Virus record (IMG/VR): IMGVR_UViG_3300025096_000015
Coordinates: 1-63,714 of that record
Direction: 5' to 3' (one strand)
From: a virus
Taxonomy: Duplodnaviria; Caudoviricetes
DNA length: 63,714 nucleotides
The position numbers were made by a program, and so were the translations under genes. The notes under the pieces are model-generated. The model ran no database searches. It had not been told where the DNA came from and worked only from the letters and a program-made list of their open reading frames with translations. Shown one piece after another: positions 10,096 through 18,764 of the stretch. Position 1 is the stretch's first letter, and each line of letters opens with the position of its first letter.

Positions 10096-10499
10096 TGAGT
10101 TGGCTAACATTTAAACTCTCTGTTAAGAAGAGTTTCCTTTGGTTAAAAACTTATTGGTATTTTCCAGTTGTACTGGTCTATACTTTCGTTCTTTGGCTTG
10201 TTTTTAGGAAAAACGTTTCTGCTGCTGTTGGAGTTTTAGAGATAAGAAGCGATAGTTATAAAAAGCAAATTGATGTTATCAACGAATCTCATGCAGCCGA
10301 GAAAAAAGAAAAAGAACATTTAAATAAAGTTTTTGACGAAACAATTAAAAAAGTTGAGACAGAATTAAAGAAGAAGAACGAAGTTCTCGACAAGGATAAA
10401 AAGAAAAGAATTAAAGAAATTGTTGAAAAACATTCTGACGAACCACAGGAGCTGGCCTATTTAGTTAAGGAGGCTTTTGGTTTTGAAGTTGTTGAATAA
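10095..10499 (+). CDS. Membrane-anchored coiled-coil protein (i-spanin-like)
   Basis: N-terminal TM (WYFPVVLVYTFVLWLVF) followed by a charged helical region. TAATG-coupled to the holin-like gene. Confidence 0.45.
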   Translation: MSWLTFKLSVKKSFLWLKTYWYFPVVLVYTFVLWLVFRKNVSAAVGVLEIRSDSYKKQIDVINESHAAEKKEKEHLNKVFDETIKKVETELKKKNEVLDKDKKKRIKEIVEKHSDEPQELAYLVKEAFGFEVVE

Positions 10500-10938
10500 A
10501 ATAGTAGCAATTGTCTTACTTATATCTTTTCCATTGTTGGCATTTGCCGATGATACTCCAAAAATCAAGCCAATGAACAAAGGTGAAGTTGCCCCTTTCG
10601 CAGGAGTCCTCTTTAATTCTACTGCTATTGCTCAAACTATTGCAGAAAAAGAATACAATGCTGAGCAATGTAGATTGAGAACTGAACATTTGGAGCAAAA
10701 AGAAAAAGCAAAATGTGATCTTTTAGTTTCAACAGTGAGAGTGGAAGTTGATTTTCTGCAGAAGAAATATGATTCAATTTTAAAAATTAAAGATGAAGAA
10801 GTCAATAGGCTTCAAAAATTTGCTTTAGAAAAACCAAATAAAAACTCTCATTGGTGGCTCGCCGGCGGAATGGTTGCAGGCATTGTGACATCAGTTGTGA
10901 TTTTTTATGCGGCAGTAGAAATAGGAGAGAGAGACTAA
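10477..10938 (+). CDS. Exported coiled-coil protein with C-terminal TM (spanin-like)
   Basis: Signal peptide ending AFA-D, coiled coil, C-terminal hydrophobic helix. Exact start uncertain. Confidence 0.45.
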   Translation: MVLKLLNKIVAIVLLISFPLLAFADDTPKIKPMNKGEVAPFAGVLFNSTAIAQTIAEKEYNAEQCRLRTEHLEQKEKAKCDLLVSTVRVEVDFLQKKYDSILKIKDEEVNRLQKFALEKPNKNSHWWLAGGMVAGIVTSVVIFYAAVEIGERD

Positions 10939-11102
10939 TGTGTTTGATATGTATTGAATATAATAAAAACAAATTGACTTTAAATGAAGCATGGAGAAAT
11001 CTTCATGAGATGACAGAACAAATTGGTGAAGAACATGTTTGGGAAGTTATTAACAAACTTTGGGAAGAAGAGTTAAAAAGAGAAGAAGAAAATGAGTCGT
11101 AG
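10938..11102 (+). CDS. Small CxxC protein
   Basis: MCLICIEY... begins at a TAATG overlap and is preferred over the 10851 start. Confidence 0.6.
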   Translation: MCLICIEYNKNKLTLNEAWRNLHEMTEQIGEEHVWEVINKLWEEELKREEENES

Positions 11103-11616
11103 AGGCGGTGTCGGCGTTGGCAATTGGACAATACAAAGAATATGGAAATCCGTACAGAATTATTTAGATAGGCATCCCACGTTTACTGGAGGCCTCACAG
11201 TGGCTGCAGCAGGCATCACTGCCACAAAAACAGCGGCAGCCCTACTTAACAACTCAGCCGGAGCTGCCGTTACCCCATCGGCCTTTGGCGGCGACGCTGC
11301 AGCCCTTACAATGAACAGTATTAGATCTGGTACGGTCACAATTACTCTTGGAGGCAATTTCACAAATTCAGGCGGCGAAGCGCTTGGAGTCACTGTTAAC
11401 TGTGATCAAGTAACTGCGAATGATGTCATCGTCTGCAGTATGGGACAATCAGGCGCTAGCACTGCAGCGGCTAATATCGCGTATATGAACGTGGCTGCGA
11501 ATCATGTTCGCGACACCGCCGCCATGACCTTCTGGGTTAGCTTTGGATATGGCACTTACGATTACGATGCTGGCAATGGCTCTGAGGTGATTTTGTTGAA
11601 TTGGGCATTGCTATAA
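11092..11616 (+). CDS. Hypothetical A/G/T-rich protein, possibly fibre or decoration
   Basis: 174 aa, small-residue-rich beta-type composition. Confidence 0.45.
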   Translation: MSRRGGVGVGNWTIQRIWKSVQNYLDRHPTFTGGLTVAAAGITATKTAAALLNNSAGAAVTPSAFGGDAAALTMNSIRSGTVTITLGGNFTNSGGEALGVTVNCDQVTANDVIVCSMGQSGASTAAANIAYMNVAANHVRDTAAMTFWVSFGYGTYDYDAGNGSEVILLNWALL

Positions 11617-11640
11617 TAAATGACCGTCCAGAATAAAAAC

Positions 11641-11668
11641 TTAACAAACCTTCATAATTTGCTATAAT
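11641..11668 (+). promoter_or_regulatory. Sigma70-type promoter
   Basis: TTAACA-16nt-TATAAT with TG extension, intergenic. Confidence 0.5.
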
Positions 11669-11703
11669 TATGAGTATGTTTGTACAAATAGGAGATTTAT
11701 AAC

Positions 11704-11910
11704 ATGGCAGACAAGCAAGAACAGCAAATAGAAACTGCTAATCAAGCTCTTAGTATGCTAGTACAAGGTGTTGAACTAGCTCAAAAAAGAAGTGCTTATA
11801 ACTTAGAAGAAGCTGCGCTTCTTTCCCAGGCGGTTAAACTATTTTCTGATAGATCCCCCTCACAGGATGAACCTGTTCAGGAAACTGAAGAAACTGAAGA
11901 CAAAAGCTAA
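11704..11910 (+). CDS. Hypothetical protein
   Basis: AGGAG RBS, helical sequence. Confidence 0.65.
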   Translation: MADKQEQQIETANQALSMLVQGVELAQKRSAYNLEEAALLSQAVKLFSDRSPSQDEPVQETEETEDKS

Positions 11911-11928
11911 TAAAGCTTTGTTATAATA

Positions 11929-12323
11929 ATGAAAAAAAAAACAAAGATCCCAACTACGTAGCAAAAGTTGAACAAGCCATTGAAAAAAAATATGGCAAGG
12001 AAGCAGTAAGTCATCCACGAAGCAATTGGAACGATGAAAAAGAAAAGAAATATATTGAACAAGCTGAAGAATTTGCAAAAAAACAACGCAAGAGCAAAGA
12101 CAAAGCTGAAAAGATAGAAAAAGACGGGTTTTTGATCAGCAAGAAACTAATTACAAAGAGTAGTAATAGAACTTGTCCAGTTTGTGATATTTACTCTTTC
12201 AACATTAAGGATGACATATACATGAATAAATATGATTGTTGTTTTAAATGTTTTCTTCAATATGTTGATGAAAGAGAAGAACGTTGGAAATCTGGCTGGA
12301 GACCAAATATAGGAGATAAATAA
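11929..12323 (+). CDS. Zn-finger protein interrupted by an A10 run just after ATG (frameshift or homopolymer error)
   Basis: ATG 11929 + A10 reaches TAG at codon 11. The -1 frame is open and reads NKDPNYVAKVEQAIEKKYG... into the CPVC..CFKC ORF at 12132..12323. Confidence 0.6.
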
Positions 12324-12871
12324 TGGCCACTATTTTAGACATAATTCAAGGTATTTCGCAAGCCGCAGCAAATGCTTATGATGGTTCTCACATTGAAGAA
12401 TATTCTCATGATGGCAAGGCTAGAAAAGTGGGACTTAAGAGAGAAGAAGGAAACCCCATTCTTGATTCAAGAGTTATGGACGGCTTTAATGTTAAATATT
12501 ATGGCGATTCGCTTTGTATTGAATATCATGGAGAGACCAAATTAAAAGAAGTCCACAACAGAAACAAATTTGAAGGTGAAATTAACACGATGCTCAACAA
12601 TATTAAAAAGTATTTGCAAAAAGAGTACAAATCAATAACAAGCAACTCTTTAACTCTTACAAAAGAGGGTGAATCAGATATTTTGGTCCAACATATGAGT
12701 AATATTAGGTCCTGGGTACAGGCGAAACAATATTATAAAATTGGTGGTCTCAAAGGAGTCGAACCGCTCAACACCAAAAGCGATAAAAACCGTTTAGACG
12801 ATGCAGTTAAGAATTGGATTTCTCTCGGTAATGGACCAAAGCCGAAAAACGTTACCAGAAAGAAAGAGTAA
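12323..12871 (+). CDS. Hypothetical protein upstream of terminase
   Basis: AGGAG RBS, TAATG overlap, late-type motif ACTAATTAC at 12146. Confidence 0.7.
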   Translation: MATILDIIQGISQAAANAYDGSHIEEYSHDGKARKVGLKREEGNPILDSRVMDGFNVKYYGDSLCIEYHGETKLKEVHNRNKFEGEINTMLNNIKKYLQKEYKSITSNSLTLTKEGESDILVQHMSNIRSWVQAKQYYKIGGLKGVEPLNTKSDKNRLDDAVKNWISLGNGPKPKNVTRKKE

Positions 12872-12884
12872 TGATAAGGAATGA

Positions 12885-14471
12885 ATGTCTTATCAGCTAA
12901 CAAAAAAAGAAATCACAAAAGAGGTCCTCAGAAGTGGAAAGGATCCAGTTTATTTTATAAACAACTATTGTAAGATTTCACACCCAATGAAAGGTTTGAT
13001 TCCTTTCAAATTGTATGATTATCAAGAAGATCTTATTAATGATTTTAATGATTATCGTTTTAATGTTATTCTCAAAGCACGACAGCTTGGTATCTCAACA
13101 ATTACAGCAGCCTATGTTGTTTGGTTAATGATGTTCCATCGAGATAAAAACATTCTTGTTATGGCTACAAAATTTAGCACAGCAGGCAATCTTGTAAAAA
13201 AAGTTAAATCTATTATTAAACGTCTTCCAAACTGGATGCAAATAACTAAAGTTATTGTTGATAACAGAACAAGTTTTGAATTAAGTAACGGATCGCAGAT
13301 TAAAGCATCTTCAACTTCTGGTGATGCCGGTCGTTCAGAAGCGCTATCTCTATTGGTTATAGATGAGGCCGCTCACGTTGAAGGTCTTGAAGACTTGTGG
13401 ACAGGTCTTTATCCTACAATCTCTACTGGTGGACGCTGTATTTCATTAAGTACTCCAAATGGCGTCGGAGGATGGTTCTATAAAACATATATTGATGCCG
13501 AGGCTAGAAGAAATGATTTCCATCCTATAAGATTAATGTGGGATGTCCACCCAGATCGTGATCAAAATTGGTTTGATAAAGAAACTAAGAATATGTCTAT
13601 CAGACAGATCGCACAAGAGCTGGAATGCAACTTTAACACTTCAGGTGAGACTGTCTTACATCCGGATGATATAAAATTTATTGAACAAAATATAAAAGAG
13701 CCAAAATACAGAACTGGCTTTGATAGAAATTTCTGGATTTGGGAAGAATATAAACCAGAACACACATACATGATCGCTGCCGATGTTGCTCGTGGAGATG
13801 GACAAGACTTTTCAGTTTTTCATGTGTTTAAATTAGAAACAGCTGAAGTTGTTGCAGAGTATCAGGGGAAAGTAGCTCCGGATATATTTGCAAATATACT
13901 TTCTGATGCAGGAAAAGAATATGGTTCTTGTTTGTTGGTAGTCGAAAATAATTCAGTTGGTTTTGCTGTTCTAGAAAAGCTTAAAGATACAGACTATCCA
14001 AATATTTATTATTCAATTAAATCTACTCATGAGTATATAGACCAGTTGACTGCAGAATACAAATCTAATAGTGTCGCAGGGTTTACCACTTCTTTAAAAA
14101 CAAGACCAATCATTATTTCAAAAATGGAAGAATTTGTAAGGAACAAGCTAATTACAACGTACTCGTCTAGACTTTATAATGAGTTTAAGACTTTTGTTTG
14201 GAACAATGGGAAAGCACAAGCTATGAGAACTGGAAATGACGATTTAATTATGTCTTTTGCAATGGGATGCTGGATTAAAGATACTGTATTTGTGGAGAAC
14301 CAAAAGAAAATAGATTATCAAAAAGCATGTGTAAGTTCAATGTTTAAATCTGACAACGTTATAAACACAACCATTCCAGGAATGCAAGGATATAAACCAA
14401 TAAAGCGATCTAAAGAAATGCAAGAAAGTATAGATCAGCAAAAAGAATTTGTATGGCTTCTTAAAGGATAA
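12885..14471 (+). CDS. Terminase large subunit (T4 gp17-like)
   Basis: LYDYQ adenine-binding motif, KARQLGIS Walker A, LLVIDEAAH Walker B, STPNG, nuclease ADVARG and DDLIMS. Confidence 0.95.
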   Translation: MSYQLTKKEITKEVLRSGKDPVYFINNYCKISHPMKGLIPFKLYDYQEDLINDFNDYRFNVILKARQLGISTITAAYVVWLMMFHRDKNILVMATKFSTAGNLVKKVKSIIKRLPNWMQITKVIVDNRTSFELSNGSQIKASSTSGDAGRSEALSLLVIDEAAHVEGLEDLWTGLYPTISTGGRCISLSTPNGVGGWFYKTYIDAEARRNDFHPIRLMWDVHPDRDQNWFDKETKNMSIRQIAQELECNFNTSGETVLHPDDIKFIEQNIKEPKYRTGFDRNFWIWEEYKPEHTYMIAADVARGDGQDFSVFHVFKLETAEVVAEYQGKVAPDIFANILSDAGKEYGSCLLVVENNSVGFAVLEKLKDTDYPNIYYSIKSTHEYIDQLTAEYKSNSVAGFTTSLKTRPIIISKMEEFVRNKLITTYSSRLYNEFKTFVWNNGKAQAMRTGNDDLIMSFAMGCWIKDTVFVENQKKIDYQKACVSSMFKSDNVINTTIPGMQGYKPIKRSKEMQESIDQQKEFVWLLKG

Positions 14472-14480
14472 GGAAAAAGT

Positions 14481-16466
14481 ATGGCTAAAAAAACAACAAA
14501 CCCTCGTAATCCAGAATCAGGTTTATTTAAAAGACTGACGAGATTATTATCAGGTCCAATTATTAATTATCGTAGAGAATCTCCGAAAAAGGATAAGAGA
14601 AGAAATCTAGATAAATACAAATTTCAATCAGCCAGCGGCAGACAATTTAAAAAGACTTCGTATGATCCCTTTGAAAATCTTACCGCCAATATTATGGCTA
14701 ATCAGAATCGTGTTGAAAGATATGCAGACTTCGAACAGATGGAATACGAACCGATTATTGCATCTGCAATGGACGTGTATGCTGATGAGATGACAACTTC
14801 AAGTGACCTCCAATCCCTTTTGACGATAAAGTGTCCAAACGAAGAAATAAAAAATATTCTTGATAGTCTTTATCGAAAAACTCTCAATATTGAATTCAAT
14901 CTTTTTGGATGGGCTAGAACCATGTGTAAGTTTGGAGACTATCTTCTGTACCTAGATATAGATGAAGAACTCGGAGTTAGAAATGCAATTGGAATTCCTA
15001 ATTCAGAAGTAGAAAGACTAGAAGGTTTAGATCCTGAGAATCCAAATTACGTCCAATACCAGTGGAATTCTGCGGGACTAACTTTGGAAAACTGGCAAGT
15101 TGCTCATTTTCGTATTCTCGGGAATGATAAGTATGCTCCGTATGGAACAAGCGTTTTGGAACCAGCGAGAAGAATTTGGCGTCAACTGATCCTTCTGGAA
15201 GATGCTATGATGGCATACAGAATTGTTAGAGCGCCAGAAAGAAGAGCTTTTTATATTGATGTTGGAAGTATACCGGCACAAGATGTTGAACAATTTATGC
15301 AAAAAGCAATGACTCAGATGAAACGTAACCAGGTTGTTGATTCAGGAACTGGTCGTGTTGACTTACGTTATAACCCGCTAAGTATAGAAGAAGACTATTT
15401 TATCCCTGTTCGAGGAGGTGAGACAGGTACAAGGATCGAAACAGTTGCAGGCGGATCTTATACTGGAGATATTGATGACGTCAAATATTTAAAAGATAAA
15501 TTGTTTGCGGCACTTAAAATTCCGCAAGCATATCTTTTTAGAGGCGAAGGAGCAGAAGAAGACAAAACAACTCTTGCTCAAAAAGATATTCGCTTCGCAA
15601 GAACAATACAGAGGCTTCAAAGATCGGTTGTTTCAGAACTTGAGAAAATTGGCATTGTTCATTTGTTTACTTTAGGCTTTAGAAATGAGGATTTGATTTC
15701 TTTCAAACTTAGTTTAAATAATCCATCTAAAATTGCTGAACTTCAAGAGCTTGAAAACTGGAAAACAAAATTTGATACAGCTAATTCTGCTACAGAAGGA
15801 TTTTTTAGTAAGCGATGGATTGCTAAGAATGTATTTAATCTTTCTGATGAGGAATTCCAGAGAAATCAGCGTGAACTATTTTATGATCGCAAATTTGAAT
15901 CTGCTATTGAGGGTGTCGGAGAAGAGGCATCCGGAGAAGAAGCTGGCTTAGGAGGAGAACTCGGAGGAGAACTCGGAGGAGAATTAGGCGGCGAAGAGCT
16001 TGGAGGTGATGAACTCGGAGGAGAATTAGGCGGCGAAGAGCTTGGAGGTGAAGAGGAACTTGGCGGTACTGAGGATGCTGGCGCAGAAGCAGAGACAGCT
16101 CTTTTAACTCCTCCAGCTAAACGAGATGAAGATTGGTATAAAACTAAGAGAAGAAATGATGGAAAGACTACAACTTCTAAATCAAAAGGAAAGTGGTACA
16201 CACCCGTTACTTATGATGGTAGAAAAAACACAGCTAGAAAGAGTAATATGAGATCTCAATTTGCTTATGAAACTGGCAAGAATACAAAGAGAAACGTATT
16301 TAAAGGAATGTCAGATATATTAGCATTAGGAAGAGGGTTAACTGAGGAAAAAGATACTACTTATAATGAGGAAGTGAAACTATTTGAAGTTAATCACCAA
16401 GTTAGAAGTTTGATTGCAGAATTGGAGTTAAAGGATGACGAAACTAAAACACAACAAGAAGCGTAA
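14481..16466 (+). CDS. Portal protein (T4 gp20-like)
   Basis: LLEDAMMAYRIVRAPERRAFYIDVG, EEDYFIPVRGG, DIDDVKY, ALKIP. Confidence 0.93.
   Translation: MAKKTTNPRNPESGLFKRLTRLLSGPIINYRRESPKKDKRRNLDKYKFQSASGRQFKKTSYDPFENLTANIMANQNRVERYADFEQMEYEPIIASAMDVYADEMTTSSDLQSLLTIKCPNEEIKNILDSLYRKTLNIEFNLFGWARTMCKFGDYLLYLDIDEELGVRNAIGIPNSEVERLEGLDPENPNYVQYQWNSAGLTLENWQVAHFRILGNDKYAPYGTSVLEPARRIWRQLILLEDAMMAYRIVRAPERRAFYIDVGSIPAQDVEQFMQKAMTQMKRNQVVDSGTGRVDLRYNPLSIEEDYFIPVRGGETGTRIETVAGGSYTGDIDDVKYLKDKLFAALKIPQAYLFRGEGAEEDKTTLAQKDIRFARTIQRLQRSVVSELEKIGIVHLFTLGFRNEDLISFKLSLNNPSKIAELQELENWKTKFDTANSATEGFFSKRWIAKNVFNLSDEEFQRNQRELFYDRKFESAIEGVGEEASGEEAGLGGELGGELGGELGGEELGGDELGGELGGEELGGEEELGGTEDAGAEAETALLTPPAKRDEDWYKTKRRNDGKTTTSKSKGKWYTPVTYDGRKNTARKSNMRSQFAYETGKNTKRNVFKGMSDILALGRGLTEEKDTTYNEEVKLFEVNHQVRSLIAELELKDDETKTQQEA
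15948..16066 (+). repeat. Coding tandem repeat LGG(E/D)(E) in the portal C-terminus
   Basis: 12-nt GGAGGAGAACTC units and a 42-nt unit duplicated at 15969 and 16011. Confidence 0.85.
16356..16364 (+). promoter_or_regulatory. Candidate late promoter motif ACTACTTAT
   Basis: In the portal 3' end, about 70 nt before ATG 16435. Confidence 0.45.
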
Positions 16467-17256
16467 TACGGCTTTTCTTTACGAGTCTTTAATAAGAGAA
16501 TTAACAAAATCTATTATTAATAAAGATGATGAAAGAAAAGACAAGATTATTTCAGTCATTAAAGAGCACTTTAGTGAGGATACTCTTCTTTATCGTGAAT
16601 TAAAACTTTATGGCGCTTTAAACGAGACATATAGTCTGTCACCAAATATGGCAGAGAAATTAATTTTTGAAGTTAAAAAAGAACACTCTATTATTGATAA
16701 GAAGAAATTGTTCGTTGAGCAAACTAAGTTAATTAATAAAATTAATAAAGTGATATCAAAATCGATTTTTTCAAATTTCGTGCCAAACTATAAAGATTTG
16801 GCAACAATTTATCAAGTTTTTAATACTAGCTCAATTAAGAAGAAAGTTCTGCTCGAGCAAAACATATTTGGAAAATTAACTTATAGAAATAAAAGTGATG
16901 ACACAAATATGAAAACCATGGATACTTTGGTTTATAAGTCTTTTGTCAAGAGATTTAACGGCAAATATTCAGAAAAACTATTAGAAGAACAGAAGGAGCT
17001 TTTGAACAAATACATAACTTCCTTCTTGGATAATGGTATAGAACTAAAAGTTTATTTGAATGAGGAAATAGTTAGACTTAAAGAAAACGTTTCTGATGCT
17101 TTAAGTTTAAAAGAGATTAAAGAAGACTCAGATATGCTAATGAAAACGAAAGAAGTCATGAATATCCTTGAAAACTTTAAAAAAGAAAAAATTGATAAAG
17201 TTTTAATAAACAAAGTTTTGAAAATCCAAAATTTAGTAAAAGAGATTAAAAGTTAA
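16435..17256 (+). CDS. Head-module protein (prohead core-like)
   Basis: Between portal and protease. Helical, with several LxE motifs (LNE, LLE). Confidence 0.55.
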   Translation: MTKLKHNKKRNTAFLYESLIRELTKSIINKDDERKDKIISVIKEHFSEDTLLYRELKLYGALNETYSLSPNMAEKLIFEVKKEHSIIDKKKLFVEQTKLINKINKVISKSIFSNFVPNYKDLATIYQVFNTSSIKKKVLLEQNIFGKLTYRNKSDDTNMKTMDTLVYKSFVKRFNGKYSEKLLEEQKELLNKYITSFLDNGIELKVYLNEEIVRLKENVSDALSLKEIKEDSDMLMKTKEVMNILENFKKEKIDKVLINKVLKIQNLVKEIKS

Positions 17257-17258
17257 TA

Positions 17259-17807
17259 ATGCCCATTACTATTAAAATAAACAAGTTAGGCCCTGATCAG
17301 GAACCTATACAAGAAACTATCAGTTTAAACGCCAGAAAAAGTCTAGATGGCAATATAATGATTTTCGATCACAAAGAAATAGATATTGTTGTTATGCCAA
17401 AGGCTCAAAAAGTCTTGGCACTAGCCAAAGACAATTTTTCAGATCAAGTATATGATGCTCAAGAAAGATTATTTTCTTTTCTAAGGAAACAAGGAATTGT
17501 AGAGATTGCAAATATCCAGGGCGGTAATGTTTATGGTTCACTAGAAGCCAAACTTGCTACACCGATTAATGAAAAGGTAAGTGCTGTAGAATCTGCATTA
17601 TATAATATATCGAAATATCTAAAAGAAGAAGAAGAATTTTATATGATGTATGAGTACGACGAAGAGGAAGAGATGGAACAATTAACAGATCCAAGCTCAG
17701 AGGACTCGACAGAACTAGGAGAAGTTCCACATGAAGAAAGAAAAGGATCTCTTATCCCTGGTTACATTCGCGGGCCATATGGCATGACATCATTTTATAG
17801 GTATTAA
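17259..17807 (+). CDS. Hypothetical head-module protein
   Basis: Tightly packed ORF with an acidic C-terminal region. Confidence 0.65.
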   Translation: MPITIKINKLGPDQEPIQETISLNARKSLDGNIMIFDHKEIDIVVMPKAQKVLALAKDNFSDQVYDAQERLFSFLRKQGIVEIANIQGGNVYGSLEAKLATPINEKVSAVESALYNISKYLKEEEEFYMMYEYDEEEEMEQLTDPSSEDSTELGEVPHEERKGSLIPGYIRGPYGMTSFYRY

Positions 17808-17808
17808 A

Positions 17809-18105
17809 GTGGGGTTATTGTACTTTATTCTTTGCGCCTATGGTTTAACGCAAATTTTGGTGTATGGTTCAGTATTCAACAAAATAAGGCCGGAACATCA
17901 TTTCTTTCATTGTCCCATGTGTGTGGGGTTTTGGGTTGGTGTATTTTTAGTTGGCGTAAACAGGTATACAGAACTATTTATATTTGATAATAATATTGTT
18001 AATTATTTTTTGCTGGGATGCTTAAGTTCTGGCACATCTTATATTTTATGCACATTATTTGGAGATAACGGAGTTAAATATGAACACAGATATTTGGACA
18101 GCTAA
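17809..18105 (+). CDS. Small multi-TM protein with CPMCxGFW motif (DUF1360-like)
   Basis: Three hydrophobic segments, CxxC followed by W. Confidence 0.55.
   Translation: MGLLYFILCAYGLTQILVYGSVFNKIRPEHHFFHCPMCVGFWVGVFLVGVNRYTELFIFDNNIVNYFLLGCLSSGTSYILCTLFGDNGVKYEHRYLDS
17973..17981 (+). promoter_or_regulatory. Candidate late promoter motif ACTATTTAT
   Basis: Upstream of the micropeptide and prohead protease genes. Confidence 0.45.
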
Positions 18106-18148
18106 GTGGAGATTGCAACCAGTGAGGCGTTGCTGTAAAGGATCGTGA
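18080..18148 (+). CDS. 22-aa micropeptide MNTDIWTAKWRLQPVRRCCKGS
   Basis: GGAG at 18070-18073, 6 nt before ATG. The stop lies 2 nt before the protease ATG. Confidence 0.45.
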   Translation: MNTDIWTAKWRLQPVRRCCKGS

Positions 18149-18150
18149 AT

Positions 18151-18762
18151 ATGTCAAAATTATTGCTAAGAGAGTACTATGAACTTTGTGAAGGTGGCGT
18201 TTGCCAAGACTTCTTAACTGAAGCTGAAAAGAAAATGGTTAAAGAAGGTCATGTGTTCCTTAGTGGTATTATGCAAAGAGCTGACACAAGAAATGGCAAT
18301 GGTCGTATTTATCCCGGCGCCATTCTTGAAAGAGAGATGAACAATTACTCAAAACTTGTAAAAGAAAGGCGAGCATTGGGCGAATTAGATCATCCAGATG
18401 ATTCAGTCATTAATTTAAAGAACGCTTCTCATCTTGTAACTGATATTTGGTGGGACCAAGGCGCCGTTATGGGGAAAATTCAAGTTCTTAATACTCCTTC
18501 TGGCCAAGTATTAAAAGAACTTGTAAACGCTGGAGTAAAACTTGGCATTTCTTCGAGAGGGATGGGCTCAGTTCACGAATCTGAAGGAAATACAATGGTT
18601 GAAGATGACTTTCAATTGATTTGCTTTGATATGGTTTCAGAACCTTCAACAACCGGTGCTTATATGACACCAAGACAGCTTCAAGAAAATATTGCAAAAG
18701 ATGTTTTCACAAAAGCTGATAGGATTAATAGAGTATTAAACAATATACTGAGGAAAACTTAG
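18151..18762 (+). CDS. Prohead protease (T4 gp21-like)
   Basis: NGNGRIYP, ALGELDHP (His), LGISSRGMGS (Ser), FDMVSEPS. Confidence 0.93.
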   Translation: MSKLLLREYYELCEGGVCQDFLTEAEKKMVKEGHVFLSGIMQRADTRNGNGRIYPGAILEREMNNYSKLVKERRALGELDHPDDSVINLKNASHLVTDIWWDQGAVMGKIQVLNTPSGQVLKELVNAGVKLGISSRGMGSVHESEGNTMVEDDFQLICFDMVSEPSTTGAYMTPRQLQENIAKDVFTKADRINRVLNNILRKT

Positions 18763-18764
18763 AA

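Noticed and set aside
15948-16066. Direct repeats as a possible CRISPR array
   Set aside because: Units are contiguous, multiples of 3 nt, have no unique spacers and encode the portal GGEL tract.
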